Under the pieces are notes generated by a model. It was given only the letters and a program-made list of their open reading frames with translations. It was not told the origin of the DNA and ran no database searches. Positions 26,337-35,880 of a stretch of 64,000 nt of DNA are shown one piece after another (position 1 is the stretch's first letter; every line of letters begins with the position of its first letter). Both the position numbers and the translations under genes were made by a program. This DNA is from an uncultured virus (IMG/VR IMGVR_UViG_3300030330_001767) (lineage: Duplodnaviria > Heunggongvirae > Uroviricota > Caudoviricetes). The stretch lies in the IMG/VR virus record IMGVR_UViG_3300030330_001767; one strand, given 5' to 3'.

Positions 26337-27563
26337 ATGCTCATGATGGATACTCCTCTCTTAAAGGCTGAGAGTAATCATGAGTTTACTATTTTGAAGT
26401 CTGACAACTTAATCATTGGAGGTTATGCTTCAATCGAAATAGTAGACAAGCAGAACGATTTAATTACAATTGAAGCATTACAAGATGCGGTAAAGAAATA
26501 CATGGCTGATGAGAAATACAGAAATGTAATGTCTAATCATTCTAATGTGCAAGTTGGTGAAGTTGTAGAAAAATATAGAGATGCTAACGGAGTTTTGCAC
26601 AAGACTGCGGTAGATGACGTAGGATTCTATGTTGTAATAAAACTACGAGATGACATTGAGAAAGCAAAAGAAATCTCAAGAGGAATTAGAAAAGGAACTC
26701 TACGTTCCTTTAGTATTGGAGGACAAGCCATTTCAAAGAAGCAAAGAACTTCTGATGAGTATGGTGAGTACAATGAGATAGACAGGTTGGAACTGCACGA
26801 AGTTACAATCTGCGAGAAGGGGATAAATCCCGAAGCAAAATTCGACATTTTGAAAATGGAGGAAAAAAACATGAGTGAAAAGTTAGAAAAAGCACTTGAA
26901 GAACTGAACGACCTGATGAAACAGGTTAGTGACGTTACTTCGATAGAAAAAGAGGAAGAAACGATGAACGAGAAGATGATGGACGAAAAAATGGAAACAT
27001 CTGATGAAGACGAGAAAATGATGTCTGAAAAGATGATGGAAAGGATGGATGACGAAGAGATGAAGGCAGAAGACGACGATGAGGAGACAAAGGCTCTTGA
27101 TGAAGATTCAACAAGAGACTATGAAGCCGGAGAGTTGGTTGTAGATAATGGCAACCCCACTGCTGCGCCTACTGAACTAAAGTCATTTGGTCTTGATGGA
27201 ACAGACTTTGCTACTCTCGACCTATCAGTTGAGAACGTAGAGAAAGCATATGCAAAGTACAAGGCAGAGAAAATGGAAGCAATGGCTTACGATTCTCTAT
27301 CAAAGCAATTTGAAGCCCGTCTTGCAGAAGAGTTGTCTGTTAAGAAAGCAGAGGCTGAAAAAGCATCTTATGATGCTCGCTCAGATGTAGCGGCTCTGAA
27401 AGAAGAGTTTGCTGAACTACGCAAGTCCCTATCCGAGAAGGATTCAGAAATCAGAAAGGCACAGGAAGTAGCATTTGCTCTACCCGATGGAATGCCAACA
27501 AGCATTGAGGCGGCGGCTGAGATGTCTTGGGAAGATATACACGCACTAACAAGAGGTGATTAA
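26337..27563 (+). CDS. Prohead maturation protease fused to acidic coiled-coil scaffold
   Basis: IIGGYAS...VDKQND, HSN..VG, RSFSIGG, LHEVTIC..GINPEA (HK97-type protease); E/M/K-rich tail. Confidence 0.9.
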   Translation: MLMMDTPLLKAESNHEFTILKSDNLIIGGYASIEIVDKQNDLITIEALQDAVKKYMADEKYRNVMSNHSNVQVGEVVEKYRDANGVLHKTAVDDVGFYVVIKLRDDIEKAKEISRGIRKGTLRSFSIGGQAISKKQRTSDEYGEYNEIDRLELHEVTICEKGINPEAKFDILKMEEKNMSEKLEKALEELNDLMKQVSDVTSIEKEEETMNEKMMDEKMETSDEDEKMMSEKMMERMDDEEMKAEDDDEETKALDEDSTRDYEAGELVVDNGNPTAAPTELKSFGLDGTDFATLDLSVENVEKAYAKYKAEKMEAMAYDSLSKQFEARLAEELSVKKAEAEKASYDARSDVAALKEEFAELRKSLSEKDSEIRKAQEVAFALPDGMPTSIEAAAEMSWEDIHALTRGD

Positions 27564-27565
27564 AT

Positions 27566-28960
27566 ATGTCAGGATATATTAAGACAATGAAAGACTTAGA
27601 AGCAGCAACATACGGATACGGTGGAAACACTGGTAATGCTCTACTCAAAGCGGGTGGAGTTGTTGGAGGATTCGGAACTCCTCACGATACAGCCAGTAAC
27701 CCATTTACTGCTGCTGCGGGTCTTGGCGACCTTTACAATGTTCTTTATGGACAGAAAGTTTGGTCAATGCTAAATCAGGAAGTTAACCCTCTTGCTATGT
27801 TGGCTAAGAGGCCATACACATCTTCTGGTTGGAGAGTTCTAAAGAGCCGACCTATTGGTGGTAGTGGTTCAGAGTTTGCTACTGGTGCTAACGCTGTTAC
27901 TGCCGGAATTTCATCTGCAAACGCTGCAACACCAAGAGCAGATACCATTGGTGGTGTCCCTGAAAACGCAGTTCTTGGAACTGATTTCGTTGCTCTTGCA
28001 CCTGAATACACAAAACTGTATGTTAGCCCTAAGACTATTGCACACCTGTTTGAGTTCTCAGAACTTGGTATGGAACTTGCTGCAATTGATGATGGTGTTG
28101 GCGATATTCGTGCTATCGTAAGAGAAGACATGGGTAAACTACACGCCGAAGTTCAGAGCAAGATGCTAGTTATGCCTCTTGAGAAATACTCAGAGAACAA
28201 CACAACTGGTATTGAGAAGAACTACACTTCTCTACTAAAGATTGTTTCATCTGCGGCTGAATTGGCTCAAATGGCTGATGACGATGTATTCTACCACAAT
28301 CAGACAAACAATGGAACTGCTGCACAACTTGCTGATGCAACCAGTATCTTTGGAACTGAGAGAACTGTAACTGTTGATACATCCGGTGGTAGTGGAAACT
28401 ACACATACACTGGTGTTGCATCTTTCCTTGATGCAGAGGTTGACTTTGGAGCAAACTACACATCAGGCGGTTGCCGTGTACTAACTCTAAGTCTACTAAA
28501 CGACATGATTCGCAGAATCAGACAGAATGGTGGAAACCCGAAAGTTATCCTTACTGGATATGATACCATCCAAAAGATTGCTGACTTGCTACAAAGCCAA
28601 GAGCGATTCATGGACAGGAAAGAGGTTGTTCCAACCCACAACGGAGTTCGTGGTGTAAAAGGACAGGAAGTTGGATTCAGAGTTGCAACATACTATGATA
28701 TCCCAATTATCCCTGCAAAGGATATGCCTTCTACTGGTAAGTCAACAAGCAATAGGCTCAGTGATATACTGATTCTTGATACTGACCATCTATGGCTATC
28801 TGTTATGAAACCAACTCAATACTTTGAGGATGGTATCACTAGCGGAAACCCATTCGGTGTTGGTAAACTAGGGAATCAAGGTATGTACCGCACTATGGGC
28901 GAGACTTGCTGTTCCTTCTTCAAGGGACAAGGTAAGATTACCAACCTAAAGAGTGCTTGA
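27566..28960 (+). CDS. Major capsid protein (HK97 fold)
   Basis: Follows protease/scaffold; 464 aa; strong GAGGTGA RBS; GGNPKVILTG...YDIPIIP pattern. Confidence 0.85.
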   Translation: MSGYIKTMKDLEAATYGYGGNTGNALLKAGGVVGGFGTPHDTASNPFTAAAGLGDLYNVLYGQKVWSMLNQEVNPLAMLAKRPYTSSGWRVLKSRPIGGSGSEFATGANAVTAGISSANAATPRADTIGGVPENAVLGTDFVALAPEYTKLYVSPKTIAHLFEFSELGMELAAIDDGVGDIRAIVREDMGKLHAEVQSKMLVMPLEKYSENNTTGIEKNYTSLLKIVSSAAELAQMADDDVFYHNQTNNGTAAQLADATSIFGTERTVTVDTSGGSGNYTYTGVASFLDAEVDFGANYTSGGCRVLTLSLLNDMIRRIRQNGGNPKVILTGYDTIQKIADLLQSQERFMDRKEVVPTHNGVRGVKGQEVGFRVATYYDIPIIPAKDMPSTGKSTSNRLSDILILDTDHLWLSVMKPTQYFEDGITSGNPFGVGKLGNQGMYRTMGETCCSFFKGQGKITNLKSA

Positions 28961-29000
28961 TTTCAACACTGAATAAGTAAGTAAATCTGAAAAACGTAAA

Positions 29001-29042
29001 GTAGTAGCCTCTGCCCCGACAGTATGGGGCAGGGGTTACTGC
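29001..29042 (+). terminator. 17-bp RNA hairpin after MCP (3 G-U pairs, no U-tract); stabiliser, processing site or terminator
   Basis: GTAGTAGCCTCTGCCCC-gacagtat-GGGGCAGGGGTTACTGC. Confidence 0.6.
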
Positions 29043-29066
29043 CGAAAACAAAACAGAGGTAATAAT

Positions 29067-29504
29067 ATGGCTTATATTAGATTGAAAGAACACAGAACAA
29101 GAGGCGACATAGTAATACAAGGTGCAGGTGAAACAGTATATTCTATCAATGAAAAACCTGTTGAAATACCTGCAAGAATTGCTGCACTTTACTTAGGTGA
29201 CGAGCAAATGATTGTAGAGTTTATTGATAGCGATAAGAAAGATATCAAGAATATGCCTGAAAATAGATTGGTTTCGATTAGAGAGCATTTGGGCTTAGAT
29301 GAGGGTGCAGATGTTTTGAACGTTCTATATCCTAAGAAAGCAAAGGCCACTGTTAAGAAGAAAGTTGAGGAGGTTGTTGAAACTGTCACTGAAACAGTTG
29401 TTGAAACTGTTACACCGGAAAAGAAAACACCTGCTCCTAAGAAAACAACAACAACCAAAAAAGAACCTGCTAAGAAAACAACCACTAAGAAGGAAGTGGA
29501 ATGA
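29067..29504 (+). CDS. Hypothetical protein with K/T/E-rich tail
   Basis: GAGGT RBS; KKTTTTKKEPAKKTTTKK. Confidence 0.8.
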   Translation: MAYIRLKEHRTRGDIVIQGAGETVYSINEKPVEIPARIAALYLGDEQMIVEFIDSDKKDIKNMPENRLVSIREHLGLDEGADVLNVLYPKKAKATVKKKVEEVVETVTETVVETVTPEKKTPAPKKTTTTKKEPAKKTTTKKEVE

Positions 29505-29785
29505 TGGTAGGTGGAGTAGCGGGTAGTCCAGTTAGAACCGCTAGTGCAGTGCTGAATGTAGGCAGGTGTAAGTTGAACAGTGTTCATTTTACTTCTACTG
29601 GAACTGCAACTCTAAAAATATACGACCACAATAGCACAAGTGTTGGTTCTGCTGATGAGGTCGCACGTCTAATTCTAACCGCTAATACAACAACTGAGTT
29701 CGATATGCACGGGAGAGCAATGGGAACAGGTATTACGGCAATATTGAGTGGTTCAGGGGGAGCATACTCTTGCACATGGAGTTGA
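29501..29785 (+). CDS. Small beta-rich protein (possible capsid decoration)
   Basis: 94 aa, G/S/T rich; position after MCP. Confidence 0.7.
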   Translation: MMVGGVAGSPVRTASAVLNVGRCKLNSVHFTSTGTATLKIYDHNSTSVGSADEVARLILTANTTTEFDMHGRAMGTGITAILSGSGGAYSCTWS

Positions 29786-29789
29786 TTGC

Positions 29790-30203
29790 TTGCCAGTTAT
29801 AGATACAGATACAAGATTAATAATGACTATGCTCTTTGTTGGAGCGGTAAGTGGATTGAACATTTACGTATACGCCTTAGTTGGAACTTCTTTCCCATAT
29901 AGCGGAGTAGCCCATGCAGTGTTATTTGGAGTTAGCACTGTTGGTGGGATAATGATATTGAAAGTAATATTAGATTTGATTGCCAATGATTTCATTGAAG
30001 AGTTCTTGCTAAAACGAAGAATAGATGCTTATTGGAATAGAAAGGCAAATGACGAAGAAAACAGAAAGAGGGTAAGAGAATCCTTAGTTCAGTTTCAACA
30101 GGCATACTATCAGAATCAACAACAAGCGCAACAAAATGTTATGGTTCAACCAGTAAGCGACAACACTCTAAGCCCTACTTTCTTAACACAGTTTCAAGAG
30201 TGA
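29790..30203 (+). CDS. Two-TM membrane protein with Q-rich C-terminal tail
   Basis: Hydrophobic segments LIMTMLFVGAVSGLNIYVYALV and VAHAVLFGVSTVGGIMILKVIL; TTG start after GGAGTTGA. Confidence 0.75.
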   Translation: MPVIDTDTRLIMTMLFVGAVSGLNIYVYALVGTSFPYSGVAHAVLFGVSTVGGIMILKVILDLIANDFIEEFLLKRRIDAYWNRKANDEENRKRVRESLVQFQQAYYQNQQQAQQNVMVQPVSDNTLSPTFLTQFQE

Positions 30204-30212
30204 GGGTAGAGT

Positions 30213-30440
30213 ATGGTCGGAGAAATCCTAATGGGATTCGATGAATCCACATTAGCATATGACCTACAAAGAGCGCATTCTGCTGATATTTGGTTTCTAA
30301 GAGCAAGGTTCTACATTTGGGGTGCAGCAGTTTCAGTAGGAACTTTTCTAATAGGCCATGCTTTGCCGTTGTTTGGTGTCAATCTATACTCTATCTTTTG
30401 GGATGGGTTTGTCTCTTTTTGGAATCATCTATGGGGGTAG
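30213..30440 (+). CDS. Small membrane protein
   Basis: FYIWGAAVSVGTFLIGHALPLFGV plus aromatic amphipathic C-terminus. Confidence 0.75.
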   Translation: MVGEILMGFDESTLAYDLQRAHSADIWFLRARFYIWGAAVSVGTFLIGHALPLFGVNLYSIFWDGFVSFWNHLWG

Positions 30441-30446
30441 AGCCTA

Positions 30447-31118
30447 ATGTCCGTGATGACGGGCTTTGCCATACTCATAGTTGAGGCTATGAACAAGATG
30501 TATCAACGTCTTCACTCTATACCGTTTGGTGTGTATGGTGCAAGCAAAGTAGGTAAAACAACATTACACCATCAATTGAGAACAAGAGGAGAAGTTCCTT
30601 CTATTACAGACAGAACAGTTGGTCTACATAGAGCCACAAGAAAATATGTAAAACTTGACGGTGATGCTCATACAGTAAAAACTGCTGATGTTGGTGGAGA
30701 AACTGTTTACTGGAATGAGTGGTTAGAGGATATGCGTGGTCGTCACGTTAAATATATTATTTTCATGATAGATGATAGACATATGGACAAACACTACGAT
30801 ATAGAACAACAACTATGTTGGACATTTTTAGTTGATACTATTTGTTCATCTCATTGGAACTTGAATGGTAGAAAAAAGAAAAAGAAGCCTCATGATTACC
30901 CAATAGCCGTATCTATTTGGGCTAACAAATATGACTTATGGAAAGACAAGTATGACTACAATGGAGATATGGATAAGCACCCTATATTTGAGTCATTTAA
31001 ACCCGGTATGCAGAAGTTAAATGATAAAGGAATACCATGTCACAAATACATTGTAAGTGCTAAATCTGATTCAGAAATGGTATATAGAGGAATCCTAACA
31101 ATCATAAAGGACTACTAA
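30447..31118 (+). CDS. Ras-superfamily small GTPase (Arf/Rab-like)
   Basis: G1 GASKVGKTT, G2 RTVG, G3 DVGG, G4 NKYD, G5 SAK; N-terminal hydrophobic helix. Confidence 0.9.
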   Translation: MSVMTGFAILIVEAMNKMYQRLHSIPFGVYGASKVGKTTLHHQLRTRGEVPSITDRTVGLHRATRKYVKLDGDAHTVKTADVGGETVYWNEWLEDMRGRHVKYIIFMIDDRHMDKHYDIEQQLCWTFLVDTICSSHWNLNGRKKKKKPHDYPIAVSIWANKYDLWKDKYDYNGDMDKHPIFESFKPGMQKLNDKGIPCHKYIVSAKSDSEMVYRGILTIIKDY

Positions 31119-31130
31119 GGGAGAGATGAT

Positions 31131-31805
31131 ATGTCTATGCAATTTCAGCCACCCAGTTTAATTGGCGCACAGTCAGCAAATACAGGAATGAACCCATTTC
31201 TTGACAGACTTTCTGCTGCAAGAGCAGCAGGTTCAGTCATGCTTTATGAGTACAAAAGCAATAAGCCAAAAAAACAATTGAAAGAAATTATCAAAGTGCT
31301 TATGCCTGAAAAGAAAAAACTGTTAGGGATAAGATATGGTTTCAAATACAACATAAAAGATAGATGTGTGGTATGTGGAACACAAAAGAATTGGGAAGCA
31401 GGGGACTCGATGAGGCCACCTCTTCCTTTACATAAAGTGCGTAAAGGATATCCAATGAGAGGAACATATTGTGAGAAACACGCTCAGATACACAGACAAT
31501 ATGAAATGTTAGAACAACAAATGCTTGCAGAAGAACATGGTCTTTCTTTTAGTGCTTACATTCCATCTGCAAGAAGTTTGAATCCTTTAGCGAGTGGCCC
31601 TATGACTGGTCTAAAACAGGAAGATATCACCTCTCTAACATCATTGGGTTGGACTATCAAACCCCCTGTTGCTTTAGTAGAAACTAAAGAAGAAGAATTG
31701 TTCAGATTAATCATAGAAACTAATGGAATCAATAGTAGGATGAAAACACTATTAGCCGAAGGCACTAGGGTATCATCAGCACAAGACGAGGAGGATGTAG
31801 AATAA
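31131..31805 (+). CDS. Hypothetical protein with CVVC...CEKH putative Zn finger
   Basis: 224-aa ORF. Confidence 0.8.
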   Translation: MSMQFQPPSLIGAQSANTGMNPFLDRLSAARAAGSVMLYEYKSNKPKKQLKEIIKVLMPEKKKLLGIRYGFKYNIKDRCVVCGTQKNWEAGDSMRPPLPLHKVRKGYPMRGTYCEKHAQIHRQYEMLEQQMLAEEHGLSFSAYIPSARSLNPLASGPMTGLKQEDITSLTSLGWTIKPPVALVETKEEELFRLIIETNGINSRMKTLLAEGTRVSSAQDEEDVE

Positions 31806-32503
31806 TGGGACTATTCGGAACAAGCAACAGTTCGTTGTCAACTCAAATACAGGGTCAACAACAAAGTAATTTCAAAGCAATGAACAACTTACTAACATTA
31901 CAAGAGAATCATGTGGAAGACTTTTTCCAGTATCATGGAGAAGCATTTTTGGGTGCTTTGGAGAAGTTAATTGAAGATGTAGTAACACGCTCTGTAAGTC
32001 AAATGTTAACTAAGTTAGAGTTCAATCAGAGTTCAAGCGGTAATCTAACAATCGCTCCCGAAGCACTCAATGAGTTTACATCAATAACTCAAGAAAATAT
32101 TGATTTAGATTTGGCTAATCTTTTGGCTACTGCTATCAACAGTGAAGTTGTTATGCAGAGAAGAATGGCTAAACAACAGTATCTTGAAGCGCAAGGCTTC
32201 TCTTCTCCTTCTCAACCACAACCCACAACAACTCCAATGGGTATGAATCCCAGTGGATTAGACCCTTCACAGATACAAGGTGGAAATATGGCAGTAGGTA
32301 TGAATAATACTCTAATGCAACAACAAATGGCTTTCAATAACCAATCAGGATATCCTGTTCCTCCTTCGGGATATGACAGTATGAACAATCCATATTGGAT
32401 TGACCCCGCAACAGGCCAACCAACATACACCCCACCGCAGAGTGGATTAGGTTTAGCATCAGGACTAGGTAAAGCAGTTGCATGGGCTAAGTGGTTAGCA
32501 TAG
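31805..32503 (+). CDS. Q/P/M-rich low-complexity protein with C-terminal amphipathic helix
   Basis: GLGLASGLGKAVAWAKWLA terminus; YPVPPSGYD...PYWIDP. Confidence 0.8.
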   Translation: MGLFGTSNSSLSTQIQGQQQSNFKAMNNLLTLQENHVEDFFQYHGEAFLGALEKLIEDVVTRSVSQMLTKLEFNQSSSGNLTIAPEALNEFTSITQENIDLDLANLLATAINSEVVMQRRMAKQQYLEAQGFSSPSQPQPTTTPMGMNPSGLDPSQIQGGNMAVGMNNTLMQQQMAFNNQSGYPVPPSGYDSMNNPYWIDPATGQPTYTPPQSGLGLASGLGKAVAWAKWLA

Positions 32504-32518
32504 GATGGGGTCTGATGG

Positions 32519-34612
32519 ATGGCAGAGATAAAAGTAACAAGTAAAGTTGTTGACGGGTTAAAAACAGGATTTATTCTCAAACCCGAAAAGAAAAAACAAT
32601 CCGTTGATGACTTGTTTACTAATGATGAGTTATTCAGAACTCTCACTGCTTTTATCTTCAATGGTGTGTCTAACACAACCCCAATGAAAGGAGTTCGTAA
32701 ATTAACTAGAAAATTAGTTTCATTAGATAATTCTGATTATAGAGGCACAGACTTAGAGTTCGATGAAGCAGAGTATGAAAAGTATCTTGATACGTATTTT
32801 AGTAAAATAGAGAAAGCACAATTAGATGAATTAGTTAATATGCTTGAAAATATGAATTACGTTACTTCATCAGGTAAAAATAGAGCATTTTCTTTGGGTT
32901 TCCGTAAAGAGTTGGCAAAAGAAAATATTAAACTTTTAGATTTGAGGAATGATTTGAAAGTTAGTAAATTATTAGGTAAGAGATACGGTAAAGGATTAGA
33001 TGATACTGATGTTGATGATAGTGTAAAAGATAAGAAGTCTGCTGAGAAAAGAAGAGAGAAAAAATATGAAAGAAGAAGTAGTAAACTATTAGGAGCATTT
33101 GATAGAAGTGAACCTGCACTGTATCCATCAATATTGATGAAACACATTACTATTTCAGGCGGAATAATAACTATTGATACAGAAGAATACTTCAAAGAGA
33201 TTTTCAAGAAAGAAGGGTATGGAACAATAGGAACAGGTTCATTTCAGTTTAATGTAGGTGGAGCATCCAAATCAACATTTGAAGGTAAGGATGAAGAATC
33301 TAAGAAGGAAAAAGATGAGAGATTAGATAGAGAAGCAGAGGAACAGGCATTAGAAGACTTTGGTTCAGATATGGAAACTGAGGAAGGCATTGAACAAAAA
33401 ATGCTAACCAAAGCAGAAAACTATGGACAACCCGTTGACCAATTAGTTTCTCTTGCAATTTTAGATGGTGGTAAATATGAATTGTTTGTGTTCGGAGAGA
33501 AGAAATCTTTCAATTCTAAAGACAGAGATAAAAACATGGAAGATGTTTGGAATGCTATTCAAGATGTAAAGATGCCTGATAAAAAGTCATTACTTGATAT
33601 TCTTCGCTCACAGAGAAAATCAGTATTGAAAGACACCATCCTTTCTTTCATTACTCCAAGAGAAAATAAGATATCCATAGGAACTGCTACTATAACATTG
33701 AAGAGAAAAGAATGGAAAGATGAAGAGGATTTTATTGTTTGGATGACTAAAGGAGCAGGTAGTCAATCAGATAAGAAAGTCATCAAAGACGCAAGAAAAC
33801 TTGCTGAACTTCTTATGAAGATTGATAATCAGATAGATGCTATTGAAGGTAGTTGGGATGAGTATAATACAAATGTTCCTTTTGACAGATTTTTCACATA
33901 CTTAATGTCCAAGCAAAGAAAGGAAATGGTAAGTTGGCTTCAAGATTTAATTACAAGTATAAAGGATGATAAGTATAATATTGATAATCCAATACAACAA
34001 GAAACAAAACCTGTCATAGATGCAGAAGGAAACCGTGTTTTAGATGAAAGAGGATTTACAGAACAAGAGGTTGTAAGAGAAGGAAAAATACAGGTTGAAC
34101 GAGATGGAAAGAAAGTTGATTATGAGCCAGTATATGATAACCATGAGAAATTAATGGAACTACTATCTACATTAAGAAAACAATTAGGTAATAGTAAGAT
34201 AACAGAAGGACTTAACGTTGGTCAGTTCTTTTTACAAGAGGGAAAGAGAGAAGATTTAATCTTAGAAGAATTACAAAAAGATGTATTAGATGCTCTAAAA
34301 GGAAAAGGTAATTGGCAGACATACCAAGATGAAAAAACAGGAGATTCTGCTGAATTTAGATTTACTACAAACAAATATGTTCCAATAATCAAATACACAT
34401 CAAACGCTCCTAAGAAAAAGGTCATTGATACTAAGTTAGATGGAATATCGAGTAGAGAGTTCAAGCGTGGAAGATTCGGTGAGTCCAGAGTTAGAGCCAC
34501 TAAACAACAAAAAAGAGACAGAGCCAGTAAAGCGGATAAGGATGACTCCGATGAATTGCAACTCATTTATAACGAATATATGGCTTTGAAAGAATTAATA
34601 GGAAGTGTATGA
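32519..34612 (+). CDS. Large charged hypothetical protein
   Basis: 697-aa ORF. Confidence 0.85.
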   Translation: MAEIKVTSKVVDGLKTGFILKPEKKKQSVDDLFTNDELFRTLTAFIFNGVSNTTPMKGVRKLTRKLVSLDNSDYRGTDLEFDEAEYEKYLDTYFSKIEKAQLDELVNMLENMNYVTSSGKNRAFSLGFRKELAKENIKLLDLRNDLKVSKLLGKRYGKGLDDTDVDDSVKDKKSAEKRREKKYERRSSKLLGAFDRSEPALYPSILMKHITISGGIITIDTEEYFKEIFKKEGYGTIGTGSFQFNVGGASKSTFEGKDEESKKEKDERLDREAEEQALEDFGSDMETEEGIEQKMLTKAENYGQPVDQLVSLAILDGGKYELFVFGEKKSFNSKDRDKNMEDVWNAIQDVKMPDKKSLLDILRSQRKSVLKDTILSFITPRENKISIGTATITLKRKEWKDEEDFIVWMTKGAGSQSDKKVIKDARKLAELLMKIDNQIDAIEGSWDEYNTNVPFDRFFTYLMSKQRKEMVSWLQDLITSIKDDKYNIDNPIQQETKPVIDAEGNRVLDERGFTEQEVVREGKIQVERDGKKVDYEPVYDNHEKLMELLSTLRKQLGNSKITEGLNVGQFFLQEGKREDLILEELQKDVLDALKGKGNWQTYQDEKTGDSAEFRFTTNKYVPIIKYTSNAPKKKVIDTKLDGISSREFKRGRFGESRVRATKQQKRDRASKADKDDSDELQLIYNEYMALKELIGSV

Positions 34613-34613
34613 A

Positions 34614-35687
34614 ATGAGTAAGGTTCGTTCCCCAAGTGATTTTACAGATATTAATGTAAACTACGCAATAGGAAATGGACATTATACTACACATACAGAT
34701 GTATCTAATCTTTTACAAATAAGTGCTTTTAGTGATACTACTACGCCTACAAGAGCAGAAGTAGGTAAGATAATCAAGAGAGTAGAGGAGAAGATTGACG
34801 ATAGTATAAAACAATCATTCAGACCAATAATACACCATGAGGAGTTTTACTCTTTTGATGGGTGGAATAAGGGTTCATACCCTGTTCAACCCTATCGTGA
34901 TTATGTGGGCTTCATTCAACTATCACAACCTAAGATACAAAAGTTGGTTCGATTGGAAGTATGGCAAGGTGATAGGTATATTGACTTGGCATCTGCAACT
35001 GCTAGACTAACTCTACCTAATTCTGTTACTAATAGTACATGGACGATATCTCTTACTGCTGGAACTTACACTTTCAATCTAGTAGAGGGAACTCACTTCT
35101 TTGATAACTTTGGTTCAAGTACAACTGCTAGTCAACTCTCTGATGCAATCAATGAAAGATTCCCTGCAAAGACTGCTAGATTCACAGGAGAAACTACCCG
35201 TAAGACTTTGAAAGATACTACTAATACAGTGAACATATCTGATTTTTTCTATGCAACAGTTGATTCTGAGAATGGAGATACTGTTGTAATATCTTCACTG
35301 CTATTGGGTAACGATGGTTCTAACTGTAATATAACATCCACATTTGGGACTATTGAATCATTTACTGGTAATCAAGACTCAGGAAGAACAAGGGACTTTT
35401 GGCAGATGAAGAAAGAAGGTAAGATATTCTTCTATCAAGAATACCCTCACGTTACTAACCATTCAATTAGAGTTGCATATGTTGCAGGTGATGGTAGAGT
35501 CCCTGCACCAATACATGAAGCAGCGACTAAGTTTGTGGCTGCGGAAGTAATACGACATGATGATAACTCAATCATGATTGCTGAAACAGAATCAAACATA
35601 GATTTGAAAACTAAGCATGATATTCTTCTTGAGGAAGCAAACAAGATAATTGACGGCAAGAAAAACATAATCCATTTCATAACGTGA
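34614..35687 (+). CDS. Head-tail adaptor/connector with insertion domain
   Basis: YTT..DV..LL, then IRVAYVAG...VPAPIHEAATKFVA (gp6-like adaptor pattern). Confidence 0.7.
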   Translation: MSKVRSPSDFTDINVNYAIGNGHYTTHTDVSNLLQISAFSDTTTPTRAEVGKIIKRVEEKIDDSIKQSFRPIIHHEEFYSFDGWNKGSYPVQPYRDYVGFIQLSQPKIQKLVRLEVWQGDRYIDLASATARLTLPNSVTNSTWTISLTAGTYTFNLVEGTHFFDNFGSSTTASQLSDAINERFPAKTARFTGETTRKTLKDTTNTVNISDFFYATVDSENGDTVVISSLLLGNDGSNCNITSTFGTIESFTGNQDSGRTRDFWQMKKEGKIFFYQEYPHVTNHSIRVAYVAGDGRVPAPIHEAATKFVAAEVIRHDDNSIMIAETESNIDLKTKHDILLEEANKIIDGKKNIIHFIT

Positions 35688-35691
35688 TACT

Positions 35692-35880
35692 ATGACGAAT
35701 TTAATTTCTACCTTTAATGAAATACTGAAAAGGGAACAAGAAAGAAATGAGATACTGAACGAAGTAGGTTTAGCAGGGTTCTCTCTAAGTGATGAGGAAG
35801 TATTCAAACACGCAGTAGATGCTTTTGTGTTAAGAGTACAAGAAAAAGCAGTGGAGGCAGTAAATGGCAGAACTCCTTGA
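35692..35880 (+). CDS. Hypothetical protein
   Basis: 62-aa ORF. Confidence 0.65.
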   Translation: MTNLISTFNEILKREQERNEILNEVGLAGFSLSDEEVFKHAVDAFVLRVQEKAVEAVNGRTP

